This document shows positions 1 through 10,600 of a stretch of DNA of 25,278 bases, one piece after another. Every line of letters begins with the position of its first letter. Position 1 is the first letter of the stretch. A model generated the notes under the pieces. That model made no database searches, was not told where the DNA came from, and saw only the letters and a program-made list of their open reading frames with translations. This DNA comes from a virus (lineage: Duplodnaviria > Caudoviricetes): positions 1-25,278 of the IMG/VR virus record IMGVR_UViG_3300012953_000206; one strand, given 5' to 3'. The position numbers and the translations under genes are program-made.

Positions 1-1
1 T

Positions 2-2692
2 ATATGGGATCAGGATCTTGGAGCTAAGTCTATTGGCGAACCAACTGCTGTAGAAAAAGTTGTAGGTATTGGTGTTGGTAATTATAAGAGACTTACTATT
101 GACTACAATTTAGTTGATGGTGTAAAAAATGGTCCATTCTTAATTTTAGATGTAGAAGATTATACAGTACAAAGTATTGAATCAGAAGATTCTTTATACG
201 TATTCTTAGATGGTGTTCTACAAAGAAAAGGATACTCATATACTATAGCTGGTCCAAATATCTTCTTCAATATTCCTATTACAAAGGAAATGAAGATTGA
301 TATGAGATATCTCTATGGAAGAGATGTTGGTCAGGTTCTTAATGTTTATGATTTTGCACCAGACACATATTTTTCACAAGGTTCATTCTCTTTTGATTCT
401 ACTGAATTAACTCCTTTCTTAAAGTATGATTGGATGGGTGATGCTGTTGGATCTGCAATTCAAGTTTGGCAACAAAGAGCAAATGGGACATATAATGTTA
501 TTGGTGAAATTACCAATCCAGTAGTTACTGGAAATACTATAGTGTTTGATCTTAAGGGTCAGAATGGTGCTATTGAAAGTGGTTTAGATTATACTTTTGT
601 ACCAAAAAAATACTATGATAGAACATTTGTAATTACAGATGCTAATATTTCTAATGCAACTCTATCATATGTAAAAGATGCGGATGGAAGGAAAATTCTT
701 AAGACTGATGATGGTATCTGGTCTGGAAGTAACTATGGAATAACATATAAAAAACCATTTGTATCTTTATCAAATGGAGATAGTATTCGTGTAGATGGTG
801 AAGAAGGATTCCGTAGTATTAAAAAATTACCCACAGAAGCTACTAGTAAAGATGGAAGACCTAATGAACAAACATCTGATGACATTTTTGGTACAGTCTC
901 AGTTGAGTCTTATACTGGAATTACTAGAGGTGAAGGTCTTTCTGTAATTGCTACTATTGAATCTGGAAGTATTACAAAGTTAACTTGGAACCAACGTAGT
1001 TATGATCCAATTACACAACCAACTGCATACCAATACTTTACACCTCCTGTACTTAAGTTTGAAACATTAGATGGTAATGGTGGTGGTGCAAGAGCAAATG
1101 TTCTTGTAAGTAAAGGTCAAGTAATAAGTGTTGATTTAATTGATGGTGGTTCTGGATATACTAAAGTTCCAAAAATTATTGTAACAAGAAGATTTGATGT
1201 TCTCTCAGACAGAAATATTGGTGTATCACTAATTAATGTTGCTATCAGACCTTACATAGATGTTGCTCAAAGTGGTTCAGTTATAACAACTATTTCAGTT
1301 CTTGGTAACAGACTTGTTGATGCATTCTCTTTCTCTTCTGTTAACCTACAGAGTCCAGCAGATGTCTCTCGTAAGATAACTGCAGAAATTCAAACTGATA
1401 AGAAAAATATTGTAGATGGTACATCTGGATTTGATATGCCAGTTGGTATTGATCAACCTGGTGGTGCTCAAATTGTATTCATTGAACCACCACCTGCTGT
1501 TGATATTAATGGTGAAGGTGGTGTATTAAGACTTCAAGGTTCTGCAACTGTTGTTTCTGCAGAGCTTCAAGATATTGTTTCTCTTAACTCTATTTCTACT
1601 GTAAGTAAGGCAATTACAAGCACCGTACAGAATGTCATTCCTAATGATGCTCTATCTAACATCAACTTCTTTGAGAATGCTGCATATCTTGATATTGACT
1701 TTAATATTGGTGATAGCATTGCTTATATTCCTGATACATTTAAGTTTGATGCAATGGGTCTACTTCTCATTGGTGATGAAGTAGTAAGATACCATAGAAA
1801 ACTTTCTGATAGATTTACTAACATCCTTAGAGGTCTCAGGGGAACTACTGAGAAAGATTGGACTGCTGGTACTTTCTTGAGACAAATTCCAGAACTTATA
1901 TCTGTTGCTCCTGTGGGTGTTGTTCAGATACAGTCTGAAAGTGATGTTAAGATGGTCAGTGCATCTGTATCTGCAGGTGGATTTGAAAGGAAAGTACAAA
2001 GACAGATCTCTCCTGCTTCTGCAATGTCTGTAACTAAAGATGCTACAGAAGTTGTTATTACACCTCCACCAGGCGGTGTTGTTGATGGATATGCTGAGGA
2101 ACTATTCTTAACAGATCCAATTCCCGTTAGAGCTGGTAACACAACTGGTGGACATGATGGTGAAGTTGATCTTATTGAAATCAATGATGGTTATCATGTT
2201 GGTAAGAGAAATGCAACTGAAGTTCTTATCGTTAACTCTATTTTTGGAAGAACTGCAGAATACATTGGACAATATACTAAAACAAACGCTGGTCATACCA
2301 TTAGTCATTTTGAAGGTATTTTTGATGATGGTGCATGTTCTGTATCTGGTTTATCACTTGCGGAACTTGATTTGTACTTTGGATCTATTACTATAAAAGA
2401 CTTCAGTGAAAGAGGAGATTCTAGTTATACACTAGCTGGTGATAAATTTATTATGATGCCCCCATCAATCCAAAATCCAGTTGCAATTAGTTCTTCCGCA
2501 GGAACAATTGGTGGAAATATTGTTGTTCAAGATACAACTTACTTCCCTGATCAGGGATATGTATTTACTAGTGGTGGAACTGTTATTCAGTATACTGGAA
2601 AAACAGCAACATCATTTACTGGATGTACTTTAACTAGAGGTACAAACTCAATTTCTAACGGTCATGAGTTGGTTCCGTTTACAATTGATTAA
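2..2692 (+). CDS. gp7: Baseplate wedge initiator gp7-like protein, C-terminal part (5'-truncated by window)
   Basis: The frame is open from base 2 (IWDQDLGAKSIGEPTAVEK...YVFLDGVLQRKGYSYTI...EMKID), so the ATG at 290 is internal. It has the VFLDGVLQ..Y motif, a GGSGY..P module and two F(P)..G....Y..K....F....RG modules seen in cyanophage baseplate proteins, and lies directly upstream of gp8. Confidence 0.72.
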   Translation: MWDQDLGAKSIGEPTAVEKVVGIGVGNYKRLTIDYNLVDGVKNGPFLILDVEDYTVQSIESEDSLYVFLDGVLQRKGYSYTIAGPNIFFNIPITKEMKIDMRYLYGRDVGQVLNVYDFAPDTYFSQGSFSFDSTELTPFLKYDWMGDAVGSAIQVWQQRANGTYNVIGEITNPVVTGNTIVFDLKGQNGAIESGLDYTFVPKKYYDRTFVITDANISNATLSYVKDADGRKILKTDDGIWSGSNYGITYKKPFVSLSNGDSIRVDGEEGFRSIKKLPTEATSKDGRPNEQTSDDIFGTVSVESYTGITRGEGLSVIATIESGSITKLTWNQRSYDPITQPTAYQYFTPPVLKFETLDGNGGGARANVLVSKGQVISVDLIDGGSGYTKVPKIIVTRRFDVLSDRNIGVSLINVAIRPYIDVAQSGSVITTISVLGNRLVDAFSFSSVNLQSPADVSRKITAEIQTDKKNIVDGTSGFDMPVGIDQPGGAQIVFIEPPPAVDINGEGGVLRLQGSATVVSAELQDIVSLNSISTVSKAITSTVQNVIPNDALSNINFFENAAYLDIDFNIGDSIAYIPDTFKFDAMGLLLIGDEVVRYHRKLSDRFTNILRGLRGTTEKDWTAGTFLRQIPELISVAPVGVVQIQSESDVKMVSASVSAGGFERKVQRQISPASAMSVTKDATEVVITPPPGGVVDGYAEELFLTDPIPVRAGNTTGGHDGEVDLIEINDGYHVGKRNATEVLIVNSIFGRTAEYIGQYTKTNAGHTISHFEGIFDDGACSVSGLSLAELDLYFGSITIKDFSERGDSSYTLAGDKFIMMPPSIQNPVAISSSAGTIGGNIVVQDTTYFPDQGYVFTSGGTVIQYTGKTATSFTGCTLTRGTNSISNGHELVPFTID

Positions 2693-2699
2693 ATTTTGC

Positions 2700-2713
2700 T
2701 ATAAATATAAATA
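2700..2713 (+). promoter_or_regulatory. Two overlapping T4-type late promoter boxes (TATAAATA at 2700-2707 and 2706-2713)
   Basis: Exact T4 gp55 late consensus occurs twice (TATAAATATAAATA) in the intergenic gap, 41 nt upstream of the gp8 ATG. Confidence 0.85.
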
Positions 2714-2754
2714 ACTCAGGCACAAACTATTACAACGTCGGATAAAGAAACACC

Positions 2755-4569
2755 ATGGCTGCTATTATTTCTGATAAGTTTCGTATATTTAACGCGAAAC
2801 AATTCTTAGAATCACTTACTGAAGGTCCTACGGACACCAGTACAGAACGATCTAGGATGTACTTCTTTGTGGGTAGACCGCAACCGTGGAGAGCATACTT
2901 AGAGATTTACTCAAAAAACGCCACATCATTTACTGTGGGGGATGAGGTTTACGTAGGAACATATGGTTCCACTACCTTCCGTGCTACAATTGCTGCAGTT
3001 TATGATAGTGCCCTACTTCTTACCGACGTTTTTGGAAGTGCAGGTGTAAACTCCGCTCCTGCTCTAGCAACCGATCTTAAATGCCGTACTGGTGGAGCAG
3101 GTGGTTCCGATACAGGTGCTATTGCTAAGTCAGGTGTTTATCGTTATGCAACTGAGGACGTTCCTCCTCTACCACTTGATAATCAAGGAGAAAAAATTGC
3201 TCTTTACGACGAACTAATTGCTGCTAAACGTATTACTGATGCTTTCGCAAGAACTGTTATCCGTCGTTATAACTGGGATTTAGTAGCTAACCCTAAGTTT
3301 GATAGTTGGAAACCTGACTATTCTGCTACACCAGGTGGCGGTGGTCAAATTGGTAAATCCACGGCAACAGGTCAAACTAGCATTGCTGATGCTAAGTTTT
3401 ATGTATTGAACTCATCATACGAAGTATTCAAGTGTCTCTACAATGGAGAGAATCCTTCTAACACAACTGGACAAAACGCTACTGAAGAACCAACTACTGC
3501 AGGTGGTAACTATGCCTCTGCTACAGGTCTTTATACAGAAACAACTGGTGCTGGATACATTTGGAAGTATATGTATACCATTCCAACTGATGATGTTCTA
3601 AAATTCCTTTCTTCTGACTTCCTTCCAATCGTTCTTCCTGCAAACGCTTCTAGAACTGCTGTTGTAGCAGCTGCTGTAGATGGAGCATGTGATGTTGTTC
3701 TAATTGAAGATGCTGGTTCAGGACTTCCTACTTCTCAGACTCTTTATACTAGTATTAAAGGTGATGGAGCTGGTGGTAAAGTTAAGTTTGTAACAAATGG
3801 TTCTGGTACAATCACATCTGCTGAGATTGAAGCTCGTGGATCAGGTTACACTTATGCTAATGTTTTATTTGCTAACGGTAACCTCTTCTCTGATGCTGGT
3901 CTATCATCTGCTGTAACAACTGGTGCTTCTGCTGTTGGATCTCTTGAAGTTCTTCTTCCTCCTTCTGGTGGACATGGTTCTGATCATGAGACAGAACTTA
4001 ATGGTAAGCGTGTTATGACAAATATTCGTCTTACTTACTCAGAAGGATCTGGAGACTTCCCTGTAGATAACGACTTCCGTCGTATTGGTATCATTTCTGA
4101 TCCATATAACTATGGAACAACAACTTTCTCTACTGCTGATACACTTTCTGGTTTAAAATCTATTAAGGTTACAGGTGCTACTGCGGACTTCGCTGTTGAT
4201 GAGAAAGTTCAACAAACTGTAACTGGTGGTACTGCATATGGTACAGTTGTATCATGGACATTAGACAGTGGTTCTACTACTGCTGGAGTTCTTAAGTATA
4301 TCCAAACAAATGATGCTCATACAGATCAAGGTGTAGTAAGAGCTTTTGAAAGTAATGGTTCTAATGCTATTACTGGAGAAGTTTCTACTGCTTCTGGTAC
4401 TGTAGATACAGGTTATGCTTCCGCGTTACTTGGTGTTACTTTCTCAAGTGGTTTAGCAACACCTGAAGTTGAAAATAATTCTGGTGATGTCATCTACGTT
4501 GAAAATAGAAGACTAATTACTCGTGCTCCTGACCAGATTGAAGATATCAAGTTAGTTATTGAATTCTAA
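2755..4569 (+). CDS. gp8: Baseplate wedge subunit gp8 (cyanophage type), 604 aa
   Basis: MAAIISDKFRIFNAKQFLESL start, YFFVGRPQPW, RRYNW, FYVLNSSYEVFKCLYNG, GYIWKYMYTI, DFRRIGII.DP and the C-terminal SGDVIYVENRRLITRAPDQIEDIKLVIEF match T4-like gp8 as I know it. Confidence 0.9.
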   Translation: MAAIISDKFRIFNAKQFLESLTEGPTDTSTERSRMYFFVGRPQPWRAYLEIYSKNATSFTVGDEVYVGTYGSTTFRATIAAVYDSALLLTDVFGSAGVNSAPALATDLKCRTGGAGGSDTGAIAKSGVYRYATEDVPPLPLDNQGEKIALYDELIAAKRITDAFARTVIRRYNWDLVANPKFDSWKPDYSATPGGGGQIGKSTATGQTSIADAKFYVLNSSYEVFKCLYNGENPSNTTGQNATEEPTTAGGNYASATGLYTETTGAGYIWKYMYTIPTDDVLKFLSSDFLPIVLPANASRTAVVAAAVDGACDVVLIEDAGSGLPTSQTLYTSIKGDGAGGKVKFVTNGSGTITSAEIEARGSGYTYANVLFANGNLFSDAGLSSAVTTGASAVGSLEVLLPPSGGHGSDHETELNGKRVMTNIRLTYSEGSGDFPVDNDFRRIGIISDPYNYGTTTFSTADTLSGLKSIKVTGATADFAVDEKVQQTVTGGTAYGTVVSWTLDSGSTTAGVLKYIQTNDAHTDQGVVRAFESNGSNAITGEVSTASGTVDTGYASALLGVTFSSGLATPEVENNSGDVIYVENRRLITRAPDQIEDIKLVIEF

Positions 4570-4576
4570 AAACTAC

Positions 4577-4584
4577 GCTAAATA
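4577..4584 (+). promoter_or_regulatory. Late-promoter-like box GCTAAATA
   Basis: TAAATA core in the intergenic gap, 35 nt before the ATG at 4620. An identical 8-mer sits at a near-identical distance before 18322. A GGAG Shine-Dalgarno-like site is at 4612-4615. Confidence 0.65.
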
Positions 4585-4619
4585 CTAGGGACTAGAGACT
4601 TAGTAATTGGCGGAGTACG

Positions 4620-7600
4620 ATGCCTCAGAAGACAAACCTAAATGTTAATCCTTATTATGAGGACTTTGACGCGAGTAAGAATTTCTATAAGATTCTATTC
4701 CGTCCTGGTTACTCTATTCAAAGTAGGGAATTAACACAAGTACAATCCATTCTCCAAAATCAGATTGAGAGTTTTGGAAAATATGCTTTCAAGCAGGGTG
4801 AGCTTGTCATTCCTGGTGAAGTAGGTCTCAATACAAAATTAGATTACGTAAAATTATCGTCTGTCTCTGAGGTTGCTATTTCAGAGGGAGACGATATTGT
4901 TTATAAGAAATATGATATTTCTCAATTAGTAGGACAAAGACTAATTGGTCTTACTTCTGGTGTTACCGCTACAATTTTAACTACAAAGTTAGCTACTGAG
5001 TCTTCTGCTGATACTTTGTTTGTTGGTTACGTTAATAGTGGTAATTCCAACACAGAAACAACATTCCGTCAAGGTGAAACTCTAGAAGTTGTTGATGGTG
5101 TTAATACACCTCTTTTAGTTGTTGGTACAGATGGTAGTGTTCTACCTACTAGTATTCAGATAACGAATCCAGATACTCTAGAAGTAACTTCTCTAGAAAG
5201 TCCTGCTATGGGTTATGGTTCTGCTGTTAAAGTAGAAGAAGGTATATACTTTGTTAATGGTTATTTTGTTCGTAATAGTGAAGAACTATTAGTAATTGAT
5301 GAATATTATGATAAACCATCAGCAAAAGTTGGTTTTACTATTAAAGAAGAAATTGTAACACCTGAATCAGAAGCAAGTTTATATGATAATTCAATTGGTT
5401 CAGCAAACTATACTGCACCTGGAGCACATAGATTAAAGATTAGTTTAGAGTTAAAAGAGTTTGCTCTTGATGCAATTACTGATAAGAATTTTATTCAGTT
5501 ATTGAATATTTTTAGAGGACAAGTTAGAAGTAAGATTTCTTCTACGGATTTTAGTGTCCTAGAACAAACTTTAGCACGTAGAACATTTGATGAATCTGGT
5601 GATTATATTGTTGATAATTTTTCAGTAGATGTTAGAGAGTGGGCACAGAAAGACGGTAATAAGGGTATATACAGTATTGATGATTTAAACCTTTATAATG
5701 GATATGATGCTTCTGATGCAGCTAAGAAAATGGTTGCAAGTATTGGTCCTGGTAAAGCATATATTAAAGGATATGAGATTGTTAATAAAGAAACTAAGTA
5801 TCTAGAAATTAATAAGGCAAGAGAAAGTCTTTCTAGTGACAACATAAATCTTAAGACTAAGGGTCTTCCAACATATAACATTACTAATGTATTTGGTAGT
5901 GTTCCTCTAAACAAAGAAGGATCTGAGTTAACTGCATATCCTGATGTATTCTTATATTCAACATTTAATGATGGATCTATTGGTTTAAACAACACAGAAC
6001 TACCTACTGATCATAGACAAACTATTGATAGAAGAGGTAAGACTTTTAATACTGATGATGGTATTAAAACCATTACTTTACAAATTACTAACACTACAAC
6101 TTTAATTGGTGCAGTAACAGATTCCACATTCCAAACTCAGTTTGGTGAATTGTTTTATGTTAAAACTAGAAGTGATCTAGGAACTCCAACAGCTGTTAGT
6201 TCTTTTAAAACATTATCTTTTGCAACTTCAAACAAACCATTGATCAACTCTTCTGAGTCTGTTCAATTTTTAGAATTGACAGTTTATGGTAATAAGAGTG
6301 AACTAGAGTTACTTGCATTAGAATATGATTTATCTGATAGTGAAAAGAAGAGAAAAATCTACTTAACATCAGCTGATGCTTCAGCAGCTAATAATGAGTT
6401 TGGATTTATCGTAGATTATTCAGAAATTATTACTCCTGTTATTGGTAAAACAAAACCAAGCAACTTTTTCTTAAAGAGTAGAGGTTCTGGTTTTAATTCT
6501 GATTCTGATATTGTTATATCTAAAGGTCGTTTAGAAGCAGGAACTTCTGCGTATAATACTACATTTGGTTATTCATATTTTGATCCTCAATTCTTCACTA
6601 AAATAATTTTAGAAAATATTCCTGCAGGTGCTAATTCATTTGATGAAGGTAAGTATGTATTTGGTATTAATAGTAGTGCATATGGTGTTGTAGAAGGATC
6701 TTCTGCTGGTGTTTATAGTACAGGAAGGATTTTGTTTGTTAAAACTTTATCTGGTAAGTTTAAATCTGGTGAAACACTTAGAGATGAAGATGGCAATACT
6801 GTAAAAATTGCAAAAGACAATACAATCTCACACTTCGTAGTTCAAAATAGAGGTTTAGGATACGCTGAAACTGGTGTTACATTATTAATTAATGGTCTTG
6901 AATTTGATGCATCAAAGATTGCATTAGGTCAAACAATTGCAGGTAATATCTACAATGCTACTATTGTTAATAGAAAAGCAGTAAATATTGAGTATGCACA
7001 ACCACCAGCCATAACTGTAAAGAATCCTGAGGGTGCATCTGCTCCTGGTTCTGCAGCTGCTGTTGTACCCGTTCTATTCAGAAATACAGTAACTACATAT
7101 ACTCCACAGAATGTTAAATCTGTAGGTTGTTTATATGGATCTGGAAATTCTAATTCTTTCTCAGCAGACGTTGTTGTAGATAGTCAAGAATACTCTGATA
7201 TTAAAGCAGTAACAAATTATACTTTCTTTGGTACTCAAGGAACTAATTTTATTGAGTCAACTAGTTTTAGTGCAGACGCATCTGTTTTATTGCAGCAAGG
7301 AGATCTTATACAATTCTCTGATAATACTAACAACCTAGTTCGTGCAGTAGTACAGTACGCAACAAAACAAGAAGGATCATCTAAATCTAGAATTTATGTA
7401 GATACAGTTTTACCTGGTGATGTTACAAACACTAGTATTGTACGTTTACGTCCTAAAGTAGCAAATACTAACTCTGGTACATTATTATTCCCAACTGGTA
7501 GTAAGCAAGTTTCTCAAGTTTCTGTTGGTGGTGATGATACAAAAATTAAATATTACTTCCGTAGAGATTTTGTAACTACTGCTTCTTCTGGTGGTGGTAC

Positions 7601-10600
7601 AATTACATTTGCTGCACAGTTACCATTTGGTACACAAAGATTTGCATCTTTTAGTGAAAGTAATTTTGTTATTACTGTATTAGATCCAGGTGATGCTCCC
7701 AATATTGTCAAAGGAGATATTCTTTATATTAGTGAAGATTCTGTAGAGATTTCATCTGCTACTGATACATCTAGTGGTTTAACATCTGGTAGTATTAGTT
7801 TACAATTACCATCAACGTATTTTGGAACTATTCCTTCTAATGGAACTTATCCTAAATTAAAGCTTACTGCAACTCTAGAAGTATCTAATGCAAAACCAAG
7901 ACTTAAGACTGCTGTAAGAAATAAGAGACTTGTTATTGCTTCTGCTGGTGATCGTATTGTTCCATTTAGAGGAAGTGATTATGATAGTGAAGTAGTAGAA
8001 ACTTTATCATATTCTGATGCTTTTAAATTAAGATATGTTTATGAAGGAACTTCATCACAACCACCTAATGTAGATTCTGCAGGTAATTTGATCTCTGGAA
8101 CTGATGTTACCGATAGATTTACATTTGATAATGGTCAGAGAGACACATTATATGATGTTTCTAGAATCGTTCTTAAACCAGGATTTGAACCTGTTGTTGG
8201 TCAACTACTGATTGCATTTGATTATTTTGAACAATCTCAAGGAGATTTCTGTACTATTGATAGTTACTTACATGAAGCTGGTGTTCCAGAAGATGAAATT
8301 CCATCTTTCAACTCTTCAGTTCATGGTAATTTAGAACTTAAAAACGTAATTGATTTCAGACCTAAGGTAGATACCAGTGCTATTATTCCTGGTTTCCTCA
8401 ACATTGCGTCTCTTGAGACTACTGCTGGATCTTTTGCTGGTTCAGGTGCAGTAATATCAAGCACTCCAGCTCCAGATTTTGGATTGGATTATACATTCTC
8501 ATTCAGTCAGATTCAATACTTAGATCGTATTGATGGTATTTTCTTAGATAAGAAGGGTAGTTTTATTGTTAAAGAAGGTAATTCTTCGTTGAATCCAACC
8601 AAACCAGATCCTATTGATGATGCTGTACCTCTTTTCTATGCATATATTCCTGCATTTACAAAGACAACTAAAGATGTAAGGATTACTCCTGTTGATAACC
8701 GTCGTTACACAATGCGTGATATCGGTAAGTTAGAGAAACGTATTGAAAGACTTGAGTATTACACTACACTTAGCATCCTAGAGCAACAAGCTCTTAATAT
8801 GCAAGTTAAAGATGAAATTGGACTTGATAGATTTAAGTCTGGATTCTTTGTTGATAATTTTGAAGCACATAAAGTTGGTAACTTACAATCTCTTGATTAT
8901 AGATGTGCAGTGGACAGTCAGCAAAGTGTCCTACGTCCACAAGCGAAAGAAGATTCTGTTAACTTAGAAGAAGTAAATGTAAGAGAAGATCAAAGATCTG
9001 TTTCTGGATATAAAAAATCTGGAGACATGGTAACATTACCATATTCTCCATTATCTTTATTGGGAAATAGTTTTGCATCTAAAACCTTAAATCCAAATCC
9101 ATTTGTTGTTCTTCAATATGTTGGTGATGGAGAGATTTCTCCATCTGTAGATCATTGGTATGATCAAACAGAAGAACCACTTGTAGTAGATACAAATACT
9201 GATCTCTTTAATATTTTCTTAGCTAAGGAAAATGTAAAAGAAAGTTTCTCAAGTCTTTACAACTCTTTTGTAGTTAACTGGGTTGGAACATCTTCTTCTT
9301 TTACTACAATTAATTCTTTAGGTGAAAATAATACACAACAATCTATAACTTCTGTTACTAGTGCATCTGTAGCAAGTTCTTCTAATATTAGTCCTCAAAA
9401 CAATGAGGTAGGAAAAGGAATTCAAACTAAGAGTGTTGGTGAAAGTTTAGTTTCAACTTCTTTAGCTTTCTTTGCTAGAAGTGTTCCTGTTAGGTATGTC
9501 GTAAGAAGAATGAAGCCAAACACTAAACTTTATGTGTTTTTAGAAGGTAGAGATATTAGTCGTTGGGTAAACCCAGACCTAAGATTTACAGGTATTGCTG
9601 GCAATTCTCCATCTGCATTTAATGGAGAGATTACAACTGATGAATATGGTAATGCTAGTGGTTTAATTATTGTTCCATCTGGATTACCACCATTGGAAAA
9701 TGCAACATGGAGTGGAGATATTAATACTGTATCATATGATACATCTGCAGAAGAGGTTTCTGTAACATCAGGTGTATTAACATTTAGATTTACTTCTAGT
9801 TCTACTAATATTTCTAAAGAAGAAGTTGATAGTTATACAGAAGTTAAGTATTATGCTACTGGTATTCTTCCAGAAAATCCTTCTAGTATTGTTTCTACAA
9901 AACCATCCTACTTCAAATCTAATGAAGGTGTTCAGTTAATTGAAAGCAATACTGATAATCCTGTAAGACCTAATCCTCTTGCACAAACATTTAAAGTAGA
10001 AAATCTAGACGGTGGATGTTTTGTAACTGGTGTTGATTTGTTCTTTAGTAAGAAGAGTGATAATATTCCAGTTAAAGCTTATATTACTAATGTTGATGCA
10101 GAGAAACCTGCTAAGAACATTGTTCCTGGTTCTGAGAAGACTCTATCTCCAAATACTTCTCTTAAGTGTTCTGCTAGTGGAAACATGGCAGTATATAAAG
10201 GAGAAAGTGTAACTGGTGCATCTTCTTCTGCGTCTGGTCCTATACTTAAAGTATTTGATAAGAATAATGTAGAACTAGTAGCTACTGCTTCTGGTAAGTA
10301 TAGTCTTACTAATGAGCAAGTTTATACTGTAGTTCTAAGTAATCATAATGGTAAATCTTTTGTTCAGAATGAAGATTTAATTATTCCATCTGTAACCCTT
10401 GCTAATGCAACCAATGCTACAGATTTAGTTCTTTCTATCGTAAAGGATAGTGGTAAAGTTTCTAAGATGAGAATTGCTAATCCTGGTTTAAACTATGATA
10501 GTGCAATTCTTACAATTGAAAGTCCACAACTTGCTGGTGGTGCAACAGCAACTGCAAGTATTGAAGTTTCTGGTGGTAAGATTTACAATGCTGAAGTATC

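Noticed and set aside
290-292. ATG given as the start of the 800-aa ORF
   Set aside because: The frame is open from base 2 with plausible protein sequence, so the gene starts upstream of the window.
4583-4605. Possible hairpin TACTAGG-N9-CTTAGTA between gp8 and vrlC
   Set aside because: The AT-rich stem is weak, includes a G-U pair, has no U-tract and overlaps the promoter box, so it is not supportable as a terminator.
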